Positions 1 through 12,082 are shown, counted from the first letter of the stretch. The stretch is DNA of 64,000 nt from Eledone cirrhosa (GCA_964016885.1 OZ024742.1:36580001-36644000), one strand, 5' to 3'. The notes: a model not told the origin generated them from the sequence alone. Program-made: numbers and translations.

Positions 1-217
1 GAGAGTGGTATTGGCCCTGTGCAAAGCCTTTCCTCACTTCAAAAAACTTCAAGCACAGGCATCGCTTGATATGTGACATTTTTTGCGATGCATGGTATTG
101 CTGGCCATAGGCAAGTCCCTAGCAGGATTCAAAAGCCACGTCTGTGATGATCATTCTTAAGTATCAAGCGACGGCATTACTCGAAATCGAGTTGCAGCCA
201 TAATGTATGTATGTATG
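1..217 (+). mobile_element. 3' part of an RTE-related SINE-like retroelement with (ATGT)n tail
   Basis: Shares the 'gagagtgggattggc..gtgca..ctttcctcactt' block and the 3' end 'gagttgcagcca..(atgt)n' with copies at 305-993, 1465-1850 and 11062-11470. Confidence 0.55.
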
Positions 218-304
218 CGGAAGAACTCATAAGAGTTACGGTCATCCAAAAGTGTGTAAATATGTATATACACATGTACATATGTATGTATACGTGTATG
301 TATA

Positions 305-993
305 TGCGCGGGGACATAGAAATAGTCGGGCTGGACACCCGATCGCGCAGTTAAACCACTGGGAGTGAAGGACCCCTTTGTCAGGGCATTCTTCTAGGAC
401 AAGGCAACTCAGGAAACGGGGATAACTCCGATATAAAACCTGCGGCTCAGTAGTTACCGATGATGTTAATCTTTTATTCTTTTCGGGTTATAGCTACTGT
501 CGCTCAGAGAGTGGGATTGGCTCAGTGCACAGTCTTTCCTCACTTTAAAAAATATCTTCACGCAGAGGCATTACACGATAGAATTAATTAATAATTATTA
601 ACAATGATATATTGTGCAATGGCCATACTCGATAACGAGGGGGCAGCCATTGTGTATGTAGATGAAGGAAACTCTGAAAAAAAAAACCTGCGGCTTCGGC
701 AGCATCCTATGATGTTGACAAGTTTTCCTTTTCGGGTAATGTTTTCGATGCTCAGACAATGGGATTGGTCGAGTGCAAAACCTTTCCCTACTTAAAAAAC
801 CTTCAAAGCACAGACATTGCTTGTTCAAGGTCTGTTACAGGTTCATGTGGCTGGCCGTAGCCTAAAGGTGCACCATTTTCTGTAATCTGACAAGCGATTG
901 TAATACACTTAGCAGAGTTTGCAGCCACCATGTATGTATGTATGTATGTATGTATGTATGTATGTATGTATGTATGTATGTATGTATGTATGT
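305..993 (+). mobile_element. Two tandem diverged copies of the same RTE-related SINE-like element, ending in (ATGT)n
   Basis: Repeated blocks 'aaactc(c/t)ga..aaacctgcggct', 'cttttcgggt', 'gggattgg..gtgca'; ends 'gcagcca..tgtatgta' at ~645 and ~925, followed by a (TATG)n run to 993. Confidence 0.55.
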
Positions 994-1464
994 TCTTCTG
1001 GTTTTATAATTTTATAAAATGTTTACCAATAGAGAGAGTCGGTTTCTAACATAAATTCAAGGGTCTCTCTTTGGAATTTAAAAAACATTAACTAAGTAGA
1101 TATGTATGCATGTCTGCATGCGTGTGAGTGTGAGTAGGCATGAATGTTATTGTATGTGTGGAGGTGTATGTTTTTAGTTATATGTGTGCATGTGCATATG
1201 TTTTGTATCTGTACATGTGTATATGCAGTTATTACATGCAGACTTTTTGGAAAGTTTTACATATTTTTACTGTTCCATTATGTATGTATGTAAGTATGAA
1301 TGTATGCATGTAAGTATGTATGTATGAATGTATGCGTGTAAGTATGTATGTAATGTATGTACGTAAGTATGTATTATGTGTTATGTATCTAAGTATATAT
1401 GTATGTATATACATATGTAAGTATGTATGTAAGTATGTATGTATATATATATGTATGTATATGT

Positions 1465-1850
1465 GTCAAGACATAATTCTAGAAGGAAAACTCTGATATA
1501 ACACCTGCAACCCTGATGGTATTCAATGATGTTGACATGTTCTTCTTTTTGGTAAATATCATCTTGGTAAAGAGAGTGGGACTGGCTTTGTGCAGTGCCT
1601 TTGCTCACTATAAAATCTTCACGGCACAGGCATTGCTTTATATCTGGAGATCTCTCTGCACTTGTCGTCACATGGTAACATGGGCCCAGCACTATGTGTC
1701 AATAATTGTCACAAGTGTAGTGTTTGTACCAGAGCTTTCAAGTCGCTGGCTGGACTAAAAAGTCACACTTGTTCAGCGCATCGGTAGGGGTTCTCCTACA
1801 TGGATATAAAGTAGTGGCCGTACTCGAAAACGAGTTGGCAACCACCATGT
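1465..1850 (+). mobile_element. RTE-related SINE-like element, near-identical to the inverted copy at 11062-11470
   Basis: About 390 bp of high identity to the reverse complement of 11074-11463 (the ORF track shows near-identical peptides); 'agaaggaaaactctgat' motif resembling RTE 5' regions; ends 'gagttggcaaccaccatgta'. Confidence 0.6.
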
Positions 1851-2284
1851 ATATGTGTGTGTGTGTATGTGTAAGTGTTTGAGAGTGTGTACTATGTGTG
1901 TATGTGTGTGTATATGTAAAGTGGTGAAGAATTTGAAATAGGCGAAACATTATTTCAATATATCAATCTTTCGGGCTGATGACTCTTATTCAGAATTTTG
2001 TTGTTGTTTAGATCAATGTCAACCGTAACAGAGCCAATCTATTTTGTTGTTACTCTCATAATACTCGACGTTGTAGTTGTTGTTATCGCTGTTGTTTAGC
2101 TCCATGGTCAGCTCTGATCAAGCAGAGCTATGATTTTTAAAAATCCAGCCGTGACCATCCCGTCTTTCGTTGTTGTTTCTACTGTATCATTTGTAATTTG
2201 AGGAAGTTTTCACTACTATTTCTTGCAGGTCGAGCTACCTAGTAGAATTCCTTTTGTTCCATGTTGAGTTTAATGATTGTTTTT

Positions 2285-2810
2285 GTTGTTGGTGGTGGTG
2301 ATGGTGGGGGCTGTAGTGGTGGTGGTGTAGTGGTGGTGATGGTGTAATGATGGTGGGAGCGGCAGCAGCTTTGGTGGTGATGGTGGTAGTGGTAATAATG
2401 GTGGGAGCGGCGGTAGCACTGGTGGCGGTGGTGGTGGTAATGGTGGATAGTGGATGTGATGATATTGGTAGTGGTGTTGGTTGGGTTTCGTGGTGATGTT
2501 GGTAGTGGTGGTGGTACGACACTGATGGTGGTTGTGGTGGTGGTGGTGGTTGTGATGGTGGTGGTGGTGGCGGTGATGGTGGTGGTTGTGGTGATGGTGG
2601 CGGTGGTTGTGGTGGTGGTGTTGGTGGTGTTGGTTTTGGTGGTGGTGGTGGTGGAGGTGGTGGTGGTGTTCGTGAAAGAGGTGGTTGTGGTGGTGGAGCT
2701 GATGATGTCTTTTGTGTCGTTGATGTTGATGTAGGTTGTTGTTGTAGATAATGATGATGATGATGATCTAATTGTGAAGGTAATGATAATAGGGATGATA
2801 TGAGGGTGGA
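2285..2810. repeat. Degenerate (GGT)n/(GAT)n trinucleotide repeat
   Basis: Directly visible; produces spurious poly-P/T/V ORFs. Confidence 0.9.
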
Positions 2811-2986
2811 GCTGGAAAGACGAAGATTGGCCATTGTTTCTACTTTGGCCTGGAGCATCTTTCAAATAAGACAGAGTTCAGAACAAAAACGTGGGTGTAG
2901 ACTGACGAATTATTACATGAACTTTTCTAATTTAACAACTGATGTATGTGCATTTGTGTGTGTGTGTGGGGGGGGGGTGCGTATAT

Positions 2987-3023
<37 letters not shown>

Positions 3024-3180
3024 CATATCTATATATACACGCACACACACACGCACACACACACACACACATATCTCTCTCTCTATATATATATATATAT
3101 ATACACATACACACACACATGCACACACACATACACACACACATACACATATACACACATACACACACACATATATATAT

Positions 3181-3390
3181 ATAGGAAAGCGTCAGACCCC
3201 GACGGCAGAGCTCAAACCGTATCGACAGCTATTTCTGGACTGAAATATTTAGAGTCCAGAAATAGCTGTTGAAACGGCTTGAGCTCTGCCGTTGGGGTCT
3301 GACTCTTTTCCTATTACCCACTCTACTACCCAAGGTATCGAGTACTCTGGTGCGTTATGGTCCACCTGGTTCCTTACCACACTTCATTCG

Positions 3391-3393
<3 letters not shown>
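3181..3393 (+). mobile_element. Fold-back Penelope-pLTR-like element with hammerhead 3' half
   Basis: Imperfect inverted repeat 3181-3314 containing GAAACGGC-ttgagctct-GCCGT; 3' tail matches the reverse complement of 11569-11648; flanked by (TA)n on both sides. Confidence 0.6.
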
Positions 3394-3459
<66 letters not shown>

Positions 3460-3494
3460 TAAAAATGCATGTGTCCTCAAATACCGTCCGCACC

Positions 3495-3543
<49 letters not shown>

Positions 3544-3577
3544 CATATATACATATATATATATACATATATATATA

Positions 3578-5145
3578 TTTCTGAAAGTTGCAAGATCTTT
3601 TGTCCACAAGATTCGGTGTGAGTTAGAGAAAGAAGATGGAAGCGTATTACCTGTATCAAAACGTCAAAAAAACATTCCAAATGCGCTGATTCTATCAGGA
3701 CACCTGAATTTATTCAGGAAGTTAAGCAAAACATTGATGACAATTCAGGAAAATCAATGAGGTCAATTGAAAAAAATGGTTCGTGTGTGAGAAAAAACAA
3801 TCAGAAATGTTGTGCATGAAGACATCAGATACAAATCTTACGTGATGAGGAGAGGTCGATTCATGTCAGAAAAAACAAAAGAAAACCGTTTAATCAGGTC
3901 CAAAATACTTTTAAACAAACTTAAAAATCCATCAGAAGATGGTGTGATTTGGTTTTTCTCAGATGGCAAAAACTTTGACCAGGACCAGAAAACTAATAGA
4001 AGAAATGACAGGTGGCTATGTGCAGACCCTTCTGAGGTTCCAAGAGTAATGTACGCAAAATTTCCTGCAAGTGTCATGACACTTTTTGGGTGTTGTTAGC
4101 AATGAAGGACATGTGATTCCTCCTCACTTTTTTCCACAAGGCCTTAGGGTGAATGCCGCTGCATTCTGGAGGTTCTGGATAAAGTTGTTAAGCCTTGGAT
4201 TAACAGTGTATACAATGGAAGGCCTTATGTCTTTCAACAAGATTCTGCACCATCACACAAGGCTCAAATGACACAAGAATGGATGGCCAACAATTTGCAT
4301 GATCACATCACGCCCAACATTTGGCCTCCTAATTCTCCAGATCGCAATCCACTGGACTACTATGTATGGAGCATCGTTGAGAAAAATGTCAATGAACACC
4401 CCCATAGCACCAAAGATTCTTTGAAAGCCGCAATAGTTCGAGTCTGTCCGATATGAACAAGGATCACTTAATCCGAGCTTGTAAACGATTTCAACCACAC
4501 GTAAAGGTAGTTATTGATGCTTATCTAGGGCGGTTAAAATTCCCGAGATCCATGGACGAGTTCTCTCCAGCGGTCTCTGTCCCTCATTATCGCTGCCATG
4601 TCCTGCGTCTCCAACAGACCAGTGTCTGTCCCTTAGGGCATCAACATGCGTTAACCTTGGTCTTCCTCTTCCAGTGTGTCCATGTAGGGGCTCCCACAGG
4701 AGCACTGAGTGCAATGTCAACTCTGGATGTCGGTGAGCATGTCCAGCTAACCTCAGTGTCCTCTGTGTCACTTTTGAGCTGACTTTTGGGAGGCTCCCAT
4801 ACAGCTCTGAGTTTTTTCATCCTCAGTGTATACTGATTAATGTTCAGAGCCATCCTCAGCATTCTCGTGTAGCACCCATCCACCATCTGAGTGAGTCTCT
4901 TGGTCAGTGTCCAAGTTTCAGACCCGTACAGCAGCAGCACACACTCCACTACAGCAATGAAGAGGTGGATTTTCAGGTCTTTACGAAGGTCCGACTTCCA
5001 CACCGATCTCAAGCTGTGGCACGCCGCATTGATGCTTATGGTGGTTTTATTGAATGAAATTATTAAATTGATAATATAGCTTTATGTTTATGTTATTTTT
5101 ATAAGAATACAGTTTTTTTTTCTGTTATGCCGTTCGCACCCTGTA
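3578..5145 (+). pseudogene. Frameshifted Tc1/mariner transposase of the DD37D (maT) group with right TIR
   Basis: Motifs WFFSD, FQQDSAPSH and WPPNSPDRNPLDY; 37 residues between the second and third catalytic D; C-terminus ..VVIDAYGGFIE* (stop 5055-5057) after removing the insertion; terminal 'cgcaccctg'+TA at 5135-5145. Confidence 0.9.
4525..5027 (-). mobile_element. 5'-truncated RTE-clade LINE fragment inserted in the maT transposase
   Basis: Peptide 'LLYGSETWTLTK..DGCYTRMLRMAL' is typical of the RTE RT C-terminal region; flanked by a 12-bp direct repeat ATTGATGCTTAT (4513-4524, 5028-5039). Confidence 0.85.
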
Positions 5146-5198
5146 TATATATATATAAAGATGAAAATGCGAAGTTGAAGATGTCCTTTATTAATTGA

Positions 5199-5249
5199 GC
5201 CGTTATATATATTTCAATGACGATAAACATCGTGATCTCTTCAGACAGC
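5199..5249 (-). ncRNA. Minimal type I hammerhead ribozyme (inverted copy)
   Basis: GCUGU-CUGAAGA-GAUCACGAU(GUUU)AUCGUCAUU-GAAA-U(AUAU)A-UA-ACGGC. Confidence 0.8.
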
Positions 5250-5380
5250 AAAAATTGATTAAAAGGTAACAATTCTGAGGCAATTTATGACCTGATACCA
5301 GAAGGGGCGGACAACCAGAGCAAAAACACAATTTGTTAGTCCGCTCCATTCCACATAAAATTGCCTCATAATCAATTTTT

Positions 5381-5431
5381 GCTGTCTGAAGAAATCACGA
5401 TGTTTATCGTCATTGAAATATATATAACGGC
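5381..5431 (+). ncRNA. Minimal type I hammerhead ribozyme
   Basis: Stem I GCUGU/ACGGC; CUGAAGA 5386-5392; stem II AAUCACGAU/AUCGUCAUU; GAAA 5415-5418; palindromic minimal stem III; AUA cleavage triplet 5424-5426. Confidence 0.8.
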
Positions 5432-5541
5432 TCAATTAATAAAGGACATCTTCAACTTCGCATTTTTATCTTTATTAATATACTCCGTCACCCCTGTTCT
5501 TTGAAAGTAATATGGCGTTGAGTACTAGAAGGAAAATGCAT

Positions 5542-5592
<51 letters not shown>

Positions 5593-5665
5593 TACATACC
5601 ACCCACCATTGAAACGGTGTGAGCTCAGCCGTCGGACACTAACTTTCCACTATATATATATATAT

Positions 5666-6075
5666 ATTAATTAAAATAACAGATTAAAGTTTAAGTAAAG
5701 AATCGCTGTTTTCACCCTTAACGGGATCTTCTGAAACGAAAAAAATCAATCTGTGAACGCAGAAGTAAATATTTCGAAAAACGTTGCAACCGAAGGAAGA
5801 CAGGAAGACAATACTTTGGTTCGTGGAGACGTTCCCTGGTTTCTGTATCAGGAGTTTTAGGTACGTCTTCCTGCTTGGTACGGGTATGTTCTTTGTAGAA
5901 ATTATTCAGATGTTGTTTCTGCATGATGAATATAAGTCAATAGAGTGCTCAACCGAGGGAGCCAAATAGTAATAATAATAAATTTGAAAACTAAAATCCA
6001 AAGAGAGCTCGATAAGGATAAATATATATATCAAATATATAAGAACCATAGAGCAAATATTTATTAAAATAACAG

Positions 6076-6080
<5 letters not shown>
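5666..6080 (-). mobile_element. pLTR-like dispersed repeat in (TA)n with short terminal direct repeat
   Basis: 'ttaaaataacagatta' occurs at both ends (~5671, ~6064); parts recur inverted at 49780-50145 and direct at 52588-52688. Confidence 0.5.
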
Positions 6081-6125
<45 letters not shown>

Positions 6126-6203
6126 ACCACCCCACTCTCAAGAGCGTGAAACTAATAAACCTTTGTTCATACTGCCTCTCTGTTTTGTTCCCGTTCAATT
6201 TTT

Positions 6204-6314
<111 letters not shown>

Positions 6315-6999
6315 TTTATATATGGAAAACTATATAAAGTGTAAAGTGAGTGAGACAGAATGGTTTTCCCTTGAGGAACGGAAAGAAACTAGTTGAAACA
6401 AGTACTCAATACATCAAATAAAGTTACTACTTGATTACATTTCAAATAGAACTGACTTCTACATGACCCTTCTTATGTTTCAATCTATTGTGATTGAAAC
6501 ATTACCAATCCTGAAAAAGTTATTCCTGTTTGAAGTAGTGTGTGTGTGTGTGCGCGCGTGCGTACTTATGTGCGTACACTTTATTTCACGTTGCTCCAGT
6601 TTACTCATCTGTAGAAATGAGATGATAGGACTGGGTCCCTATCATTAAATCACCCAAGACACCTCCAACGAGATATACATTGGAGGAGGCCAGCTAAACC
6701 TACATTGGTGTGAGCTGTCACACACACACACACATCGTCGCAACATACGATCCATTACACCAATAACAGTAAATTTGACATGAAAATTGTTAAAATAACG
6801 TACTGAATCTAATGGCATATAAGACCCCTATTTCCCCCTAAAAAATGCTTTTTAAAATGTTACCTGGGTCATAGATGCAAATTTTGGGTATCTGGCAACT
6901 CAATGTTCCCCACCGTAACTGGCCTTGGGTTTAAATTAGAGATAACTGTTCAATACCGAGGCTGGGGTTTTGGTAGCGGTGGCGGCGGTGGTGGTAGTG

Positions 7000-8510
7000 G
7001 TGGGGGGCCTATGTGTGTATATCTGTCAGTATATGCCTCTCTGTGTGTCTGCGGGTGTATATATGCCTGTCTGTCTATGTCTGCGTGTATATGTTTGAGC
7101 GTGTGTGTGTGTGTGTGTGCGTGTGTGTGTGTTTGTGCGTGTGTGTCTACCTGTGTGTTTTTCTGTGTATGTCCGTCTGGGTATATTTGTGGTTGTGTGT
7201 GTGTATGTATCTGTCTGTGAGTGTGTCTATATATGCGCATGTGCGGATGTGTTCGTCTGTGTCTGTTCCGGTGTATGTCTGAATATGTAAATATATGTAC
7301 CTGAGTGTGTCCGTGTATGTTTTTTACTGTGTGTGAGTATGTCTCTCTGTTTGTGTGTGTGAGAGAGTGTGAGAGAGTGTGTGTGTGTGAGAGAGTGTGT
7401 GAGTGTGTGTGAATGTGTGAGAGAGTGTGAGAGAATGTAAGAGAGTGTGTGAGAGTGTGAAAGTGTGTGTGAGTGTGAGAGAATGTGTGTGAATGTGTGA
7501 GAGAGTGTAAGAGAGTGTGTGAATGTGTAAGAGAGTGTGTGAGTGTGTGTATGAGAGTGTGAGGGAGTGTATGAGAGTGCGAGAGAGTATGAGAGAGTGT
7601 GAGAGTGTGTGAGAAAGTGTGTGTGAGTGTGTGAAAGTGTGTGTGAGTGTGTGAGAGAGTGTATGAGAGAGTATGTGTGAGTGTATGAGAGAGTGTATGA
7701 GAGTGTGAGAGAGTGTATGAGAGTGTGTGAAAGTGTGTGTGAGTGTGTGAGAGAGTGTGTGAGAGTGTATGAGAGAGTGTGAGAGTGTGTGAGAAAGTGT
7801 GTGTGAGTGTGTGAAAGTGTGTGTGAGAAAGTGTATGTGAGTGTGTGAAAGTGTGTGTGAGTGTGAGAGAGTGTATGAGAGTGTGAGAGAGTATGTGTGA
7901 GTGTATGAGAGTGTGTGTGAGTGTGTGAGCGAGTGTGTGAGAGTGTATGAGAGAGTGTGAGAGTGTGTGAGAAAGTGTGTGTGAAAGTGTGTGTGAGAGA
8001 GTGTATGAGAGTGTGAGAGAGTATGTGTGAGTGTATGAGAGAGTGTGAGAGTGTGTGAGAAAGTGTGTGTGAGTGTGTGTGAGTGTGTGTGTGAGTGTGT
8101 GCGAGTATGTGAGAGAGTGTGTGTGAGTGTGTGTGAGTGTGTGAGAAAGTGTGTGAGTGTGTGTGTTGATTTGTGTGTATGTGTGGATCGCTGTGTGTGT
8201 ATATGTCGATTTGTGTGTATGTGTGGGTCGCTGTGTGTGTGTGTGTCGATTTGTGTGTGTGTGGGTCGCTGTGTGTGTGTGTGTCTGTTTGTGTGTATGT
8301 GTGGGTCGCTGTGTGTACGTGTGTCTAAATGTGTATGTGCACCCTGTGTATTTATGTGTGCCTATGTGTGTGCAAGAGCATGTGCCTCTGCAGGTGTGTG
8401 TCTGTGTGTGTATGTGTGTGTATGTATTTGTCTGTAGCTTTATGTATATTTGTATATGTCTGAATATATGTGTGTGCGTGTTTGTGTCGGTGTGTGTGTG
8501 TTGATATGTG
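7000..8510. repeat. Complex (GT)n/(GA)n microsatellite
   Basis: Directly visible; source of the 527-aa H/T/L/S ORF. Confidence 0.9.
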
Positions 8511-8680
8511 TATATACGGGAATACACACACATCCACTAATACATATAGATGCAATCATAGAAACATATCTACGAACTTATGCACACACAAACACGCACT
8601 CAGGCTCACACACACGCACACGAACTCATGGGCGCGCACACAGACACACACAACAACACATGCACATACACACATGTATA

Positions 8681-8732
<52 letters not shown>

Positions 8733-8814
8733 GTTATTCCGGGTTGAATCGGAGGTAACCACAGTAAGTAAGGTACTCAATACATTGCAGAGTATAAAAG
8801 TTTTAATATAGATG

Positions 8815-8865
8815 AGATTCTACAGGACTAGAACTGTTTCATTCTTTAGAAATCATCAGGAATCT
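8815..8865 (-). ncRNA. Type I hammerhead ribozyme
   Basis: Minus strand AGAUUC-CUGAUGA-UUUC(UAAA)GAAU-GAAA-CAG(UUCUAGUC)CUG-UA-GAAUCU; 6-bp stem I, 4-bp stem III, GUA triplet; first pair of stem II mismatched. Confidence 0.75.
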
Positions 8866-9428
8866 GGGTATCAAAAAATAAATATGGTATTTATAGGTCT
8901 CTACAAGTGGTAGGAGAGGGTGGGGAGTGGGATGGGTGTAGGTCATAGGTTGATAGAAAAGGGAATTCATTAAAAGCTAATTCTACAAAGCTATAGTTTA
9001 TTTTTATTAATTTTTGTTCTTAGAGTAACAAAGGCAGACAGAATTCTATAAACAGGTTCCGGATGGCATACCTTTCCTTGTCATTAAGTTTCTCTTAAGC
9101 TAACAGATGTCTATAAGATCAGTGGGGGGTCAGTCATGGTAGATAGAATTAAAGGAAAGGGAGATTCTTTAAAAGCTAAATTCATTAAGGTTCTACTAAG
9201 TGACAAAGGTTTAGAGAATTCTGTAGACAGATTCAAAATACTAAGTGCATATCTTACGATTATCTTCGAACTTCTCTTAAACTAATCAACTATATGCCAA
9301 AAATCAACAGACACATTCACAAAAAAACACACTCACTCACACACTCGCGCGCAACCATAAACACACATACACATATACACACATAAAAACACACACACAT
9401 ATATAAATATATTTATATATACACATAT

Positions 9429-9477
<49 letters not shown>

Positions 9478-9612
9478 CACACACACATACATATATATAC
9501 ACACACACACACACACATATATACACATATATATACACTCACACACATACATACATACACACAAATATACATGTGTATACATATACATATATACACATAC
9601 ATACATATATAT

Positions 9613-9654
<42 letters not shown>

Positions 9655-9858
9655 CAAATATATACACACATATATATATACATGTACACACACATATACA
9701 CAAACACACATATATATATATATATATAAATATATATATATACATAAACAAATATATACATATACATACACACACACACACACACATACATACATATATA
9801 TACACACACACACACACATATACACATATATAAGGAAAAAGCACCATACATACACATA

Positions 9859-9916
<58 letters not shown>

Positions 9917-9935
9917 TACACCATTCATACATATA

Positions 9936-9993
<58 letters not shown>

Positions 9994-10115
9994 GGAGGTG
10001 AGTTTTATCGTAGTACAATAAAGCAATGCAGATATCGGATAAGAAGCACTCTACAGTTTGTAGGACTGGAGTATACATAATATAAGATCAAAAGATGGTT
10101 AAAGTAGTTCCATGT

Positions 10116-10184
10116 ATTTTATTATGCGCATTTCAAAAACAAACATCATCATGCAATAATATTTGTGTTTTCATCAGATAAAAC
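10116..10184 (-). ncRNA. Minimal type I hammerhead ribozyme (inverted copy)
   Basis: Reverse complement of 10296-10364. Confidence 0.8.
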
Positions 10185-10295
10185 AGGAGAACATGATATG
10201 AAGGCTAAAAAACACTTGTGGATAGTGCAGTTTTTATGTTGATTTAAAACTGCACTATCCACAAGTGTTTTTTAGCCTTCATATCATGTTCTCCT

Positions 10296-10364
10296 GTTTT
10301 ATCTGATGAAAACACAAATATTATTGCATGATGATGTTTGTTTTTGAAATGCGCATAATAAAAT
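10296..10364 (+). ncRNA. Minimal type I hammerhead ribozyme
   Basis: Stem I GUUUUAU/AUAAAAU; CUGAUGA 10303-10309; long stem II; GAAA 10346-10349; U(GCGC)A palindromic stem III; AUA triplet 10355-10357. Confidence 0.85.
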
Positions 10365-10400
10365 ACATGGAACTCCTTTAACCATCTTTTGATCTTATAT

Positions 10401-10456
<56 letters not shown>

Positions 10457-10499
10457 CACACACATACATACATACATACACAAATACATACACATATAT

Positions 10500-10545
<46 letters not shown>

Positions 10546-10665
10546 AAAGTTATATTTAAATTGTTGGGTTAACAACGAGTATTTTTTACTGCCAAATCAA
10601 CTTCCCAAATGCAAGTCGATTGAAAGGTATGTCATATCTATTTATTTATAAGACTGTTTATATTG

Positions 10666-10731
10666 TATTTTGTCTGATGAAGGCATAACATATTGTTAAT
10701 ATGATATCCTTGAAATATATATAATGAAATA
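10666..10731 (+). ncRNA. Minimal type I hammerhead ribozyme within the element at 10543-10772
   Basis: Stem I UAUUUUGU/AUGAAAUA; CUGAUGA 10674-10680; stem II with CAUAUU/AAUAUG; GAAA 10712-10715; U(AUAU)A-UA; same family as 57835-58269. Confidence 0.8.
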
Positions 10732-10796
10732 AATATGGTTTTATAAATATAGTTTCCATTTATTTAATATCATATATATATATATATATATATATA

Positions 10797-10883
<87 letters not shown>

Positions 10884-10893
10884 TATATATATA

Positions 10894-11047
<154 letters not shown>

Positions 11048-11061
11048 ATATATATGTATAC

Positions 11062-11470
11062 ATACATACATACATGGTGGCTGCCAACTCGTTTTCGAGT
11101 ACGGCCACTACTTTATATCCATGTAGGAGAACCCCTACCGATGCGCTGAACGAGTGTGACTTTTTAGTCCAGCCAGTAACATGAAAACTCTAGTACAAAC
11201 ACTACACTTGTGACAATTATTGACACAGTGCTGGGCCCATGGTACCATGTGACGACAAGTGCAGAGAGATCTCCAGATATAAAGCAATGCCTGTGCCGTG
11301 AAGCTTTTATAGTGAGCAAAGGCACTGCACAAAGCCAGTCCCACTCTCTTAACCAAGATGATATTTACCAAAAAGAAGAACAAGTCAACATCATTGGATA
11401 CCATCAGGGTTGCAGGTGTTATATCAGAGTTTTCCTTCTCCTAGAATTCTGCCTTGACAAAGGCTAAGGG
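11062..11470 (-). mobile_element. RTE-related SINE-like element, inverted copy of 1465-1850
   Basis: High identity to 1465-1850; (ACAT)n tail on the left. Confidence 0.6.
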
Positions 11471-11474
11471 GTCA

Positions 11475-11568
<94 letters not shown>

Positions 11569-11569
<1 letters not shown>

Positions 11570-11764
11570 AAGCAAAGGAATTGTGATAAGGAACCAGATG
11601 GACCATAACGCACCAGAGTACTCAATACTTAGGTTAGTAGAGTGTGAAATAGGAAAAAGTATGACCCCGACGGCAGAGCTCAAGCCGTTTCGACGGCTAT
11701 TTCTGTCCAGAAATAGCCGTCGAAACGGCTTGAGCTCTGCCGTCGGGGTCATACTTTTTCCTAT
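11569..11764 (-). mobile_element. Fold-back pLTR-like element with a perfect 57-bp-arm palindrome (11649-11764)
   Basis: Arms are exact reverse complements around a 2-nt loop (11706-11707); same family as 3181-3393. Confidence 0.7.
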
Positions 11765-11794
11765 ATATATATGTATATGTATAAGTCCGGCCCT

Positions 11795-11865
<71 letters not shown>

Positions 11866-11981
11866 GCCGGACTTTCACCCTCTGAGGCTATCAGCCATAT
11901 GAGATTTAAGTTCCTTCCCTAAAATAATTCGGGTAAAAAAATTTAACATAATTATATATGATTATTATTTATTATTCATTA

Positions 11982-12082
11982 TGAGTTCAAATCCCGCGGA
12001 GGTTAACTTTGCTTTCATCCTTACAGGGTCGATAAAGTAAAGTACCAGTAATACCTTGTACCAAAAGTAGAAACAATTATTT
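11982..12082 (+). mobile_element. Fragment of tRNA-derived SINE with Meta/MESC-like core
   Basis: B-box-like 'gagttcaaatccc' followed by 'ctttcatccttacagggtcgataaagtaaagtaccag'. Confidence 0.65.

Larger units (their letters stand above)
5156..5545 (+). mobile_element. Penelope-pLTR-like fold-back element, 106-bp inverted arms (5156-5261 / 5369-5474)
   Basis: Arms are reverse complements with about 2 mismatches; each holds a hammerhead; bounded by (TA)n. Confidence 0.75.
9990..10408 (-). mobile_element. Penelope-pLTR-like fold-back element, ~163-bp inverted arms (10072-10234 / 10246-10408)
   Basis: One mismatch seen between arms; 11-nt loop; hammerhead in each arm; (TA)n both sides. Confidence 0.8.

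Noticed and set aside
1381-1758. ORFs duplicated at 11135-11467 as a paralogous gene pair
   Set aside because: They lie in a dispersed retroelement copy; no recognisable domain; both strands equally open
2235-2865. Pro-rich and Thr-rich 207/208-aa ORFs
   Set aside because: Same (GGT)n artefact
6950-8533. 527-aa His/Thr/Leu/Ser ORF
   Set aside because: Translation of a GT/GA microsatellite
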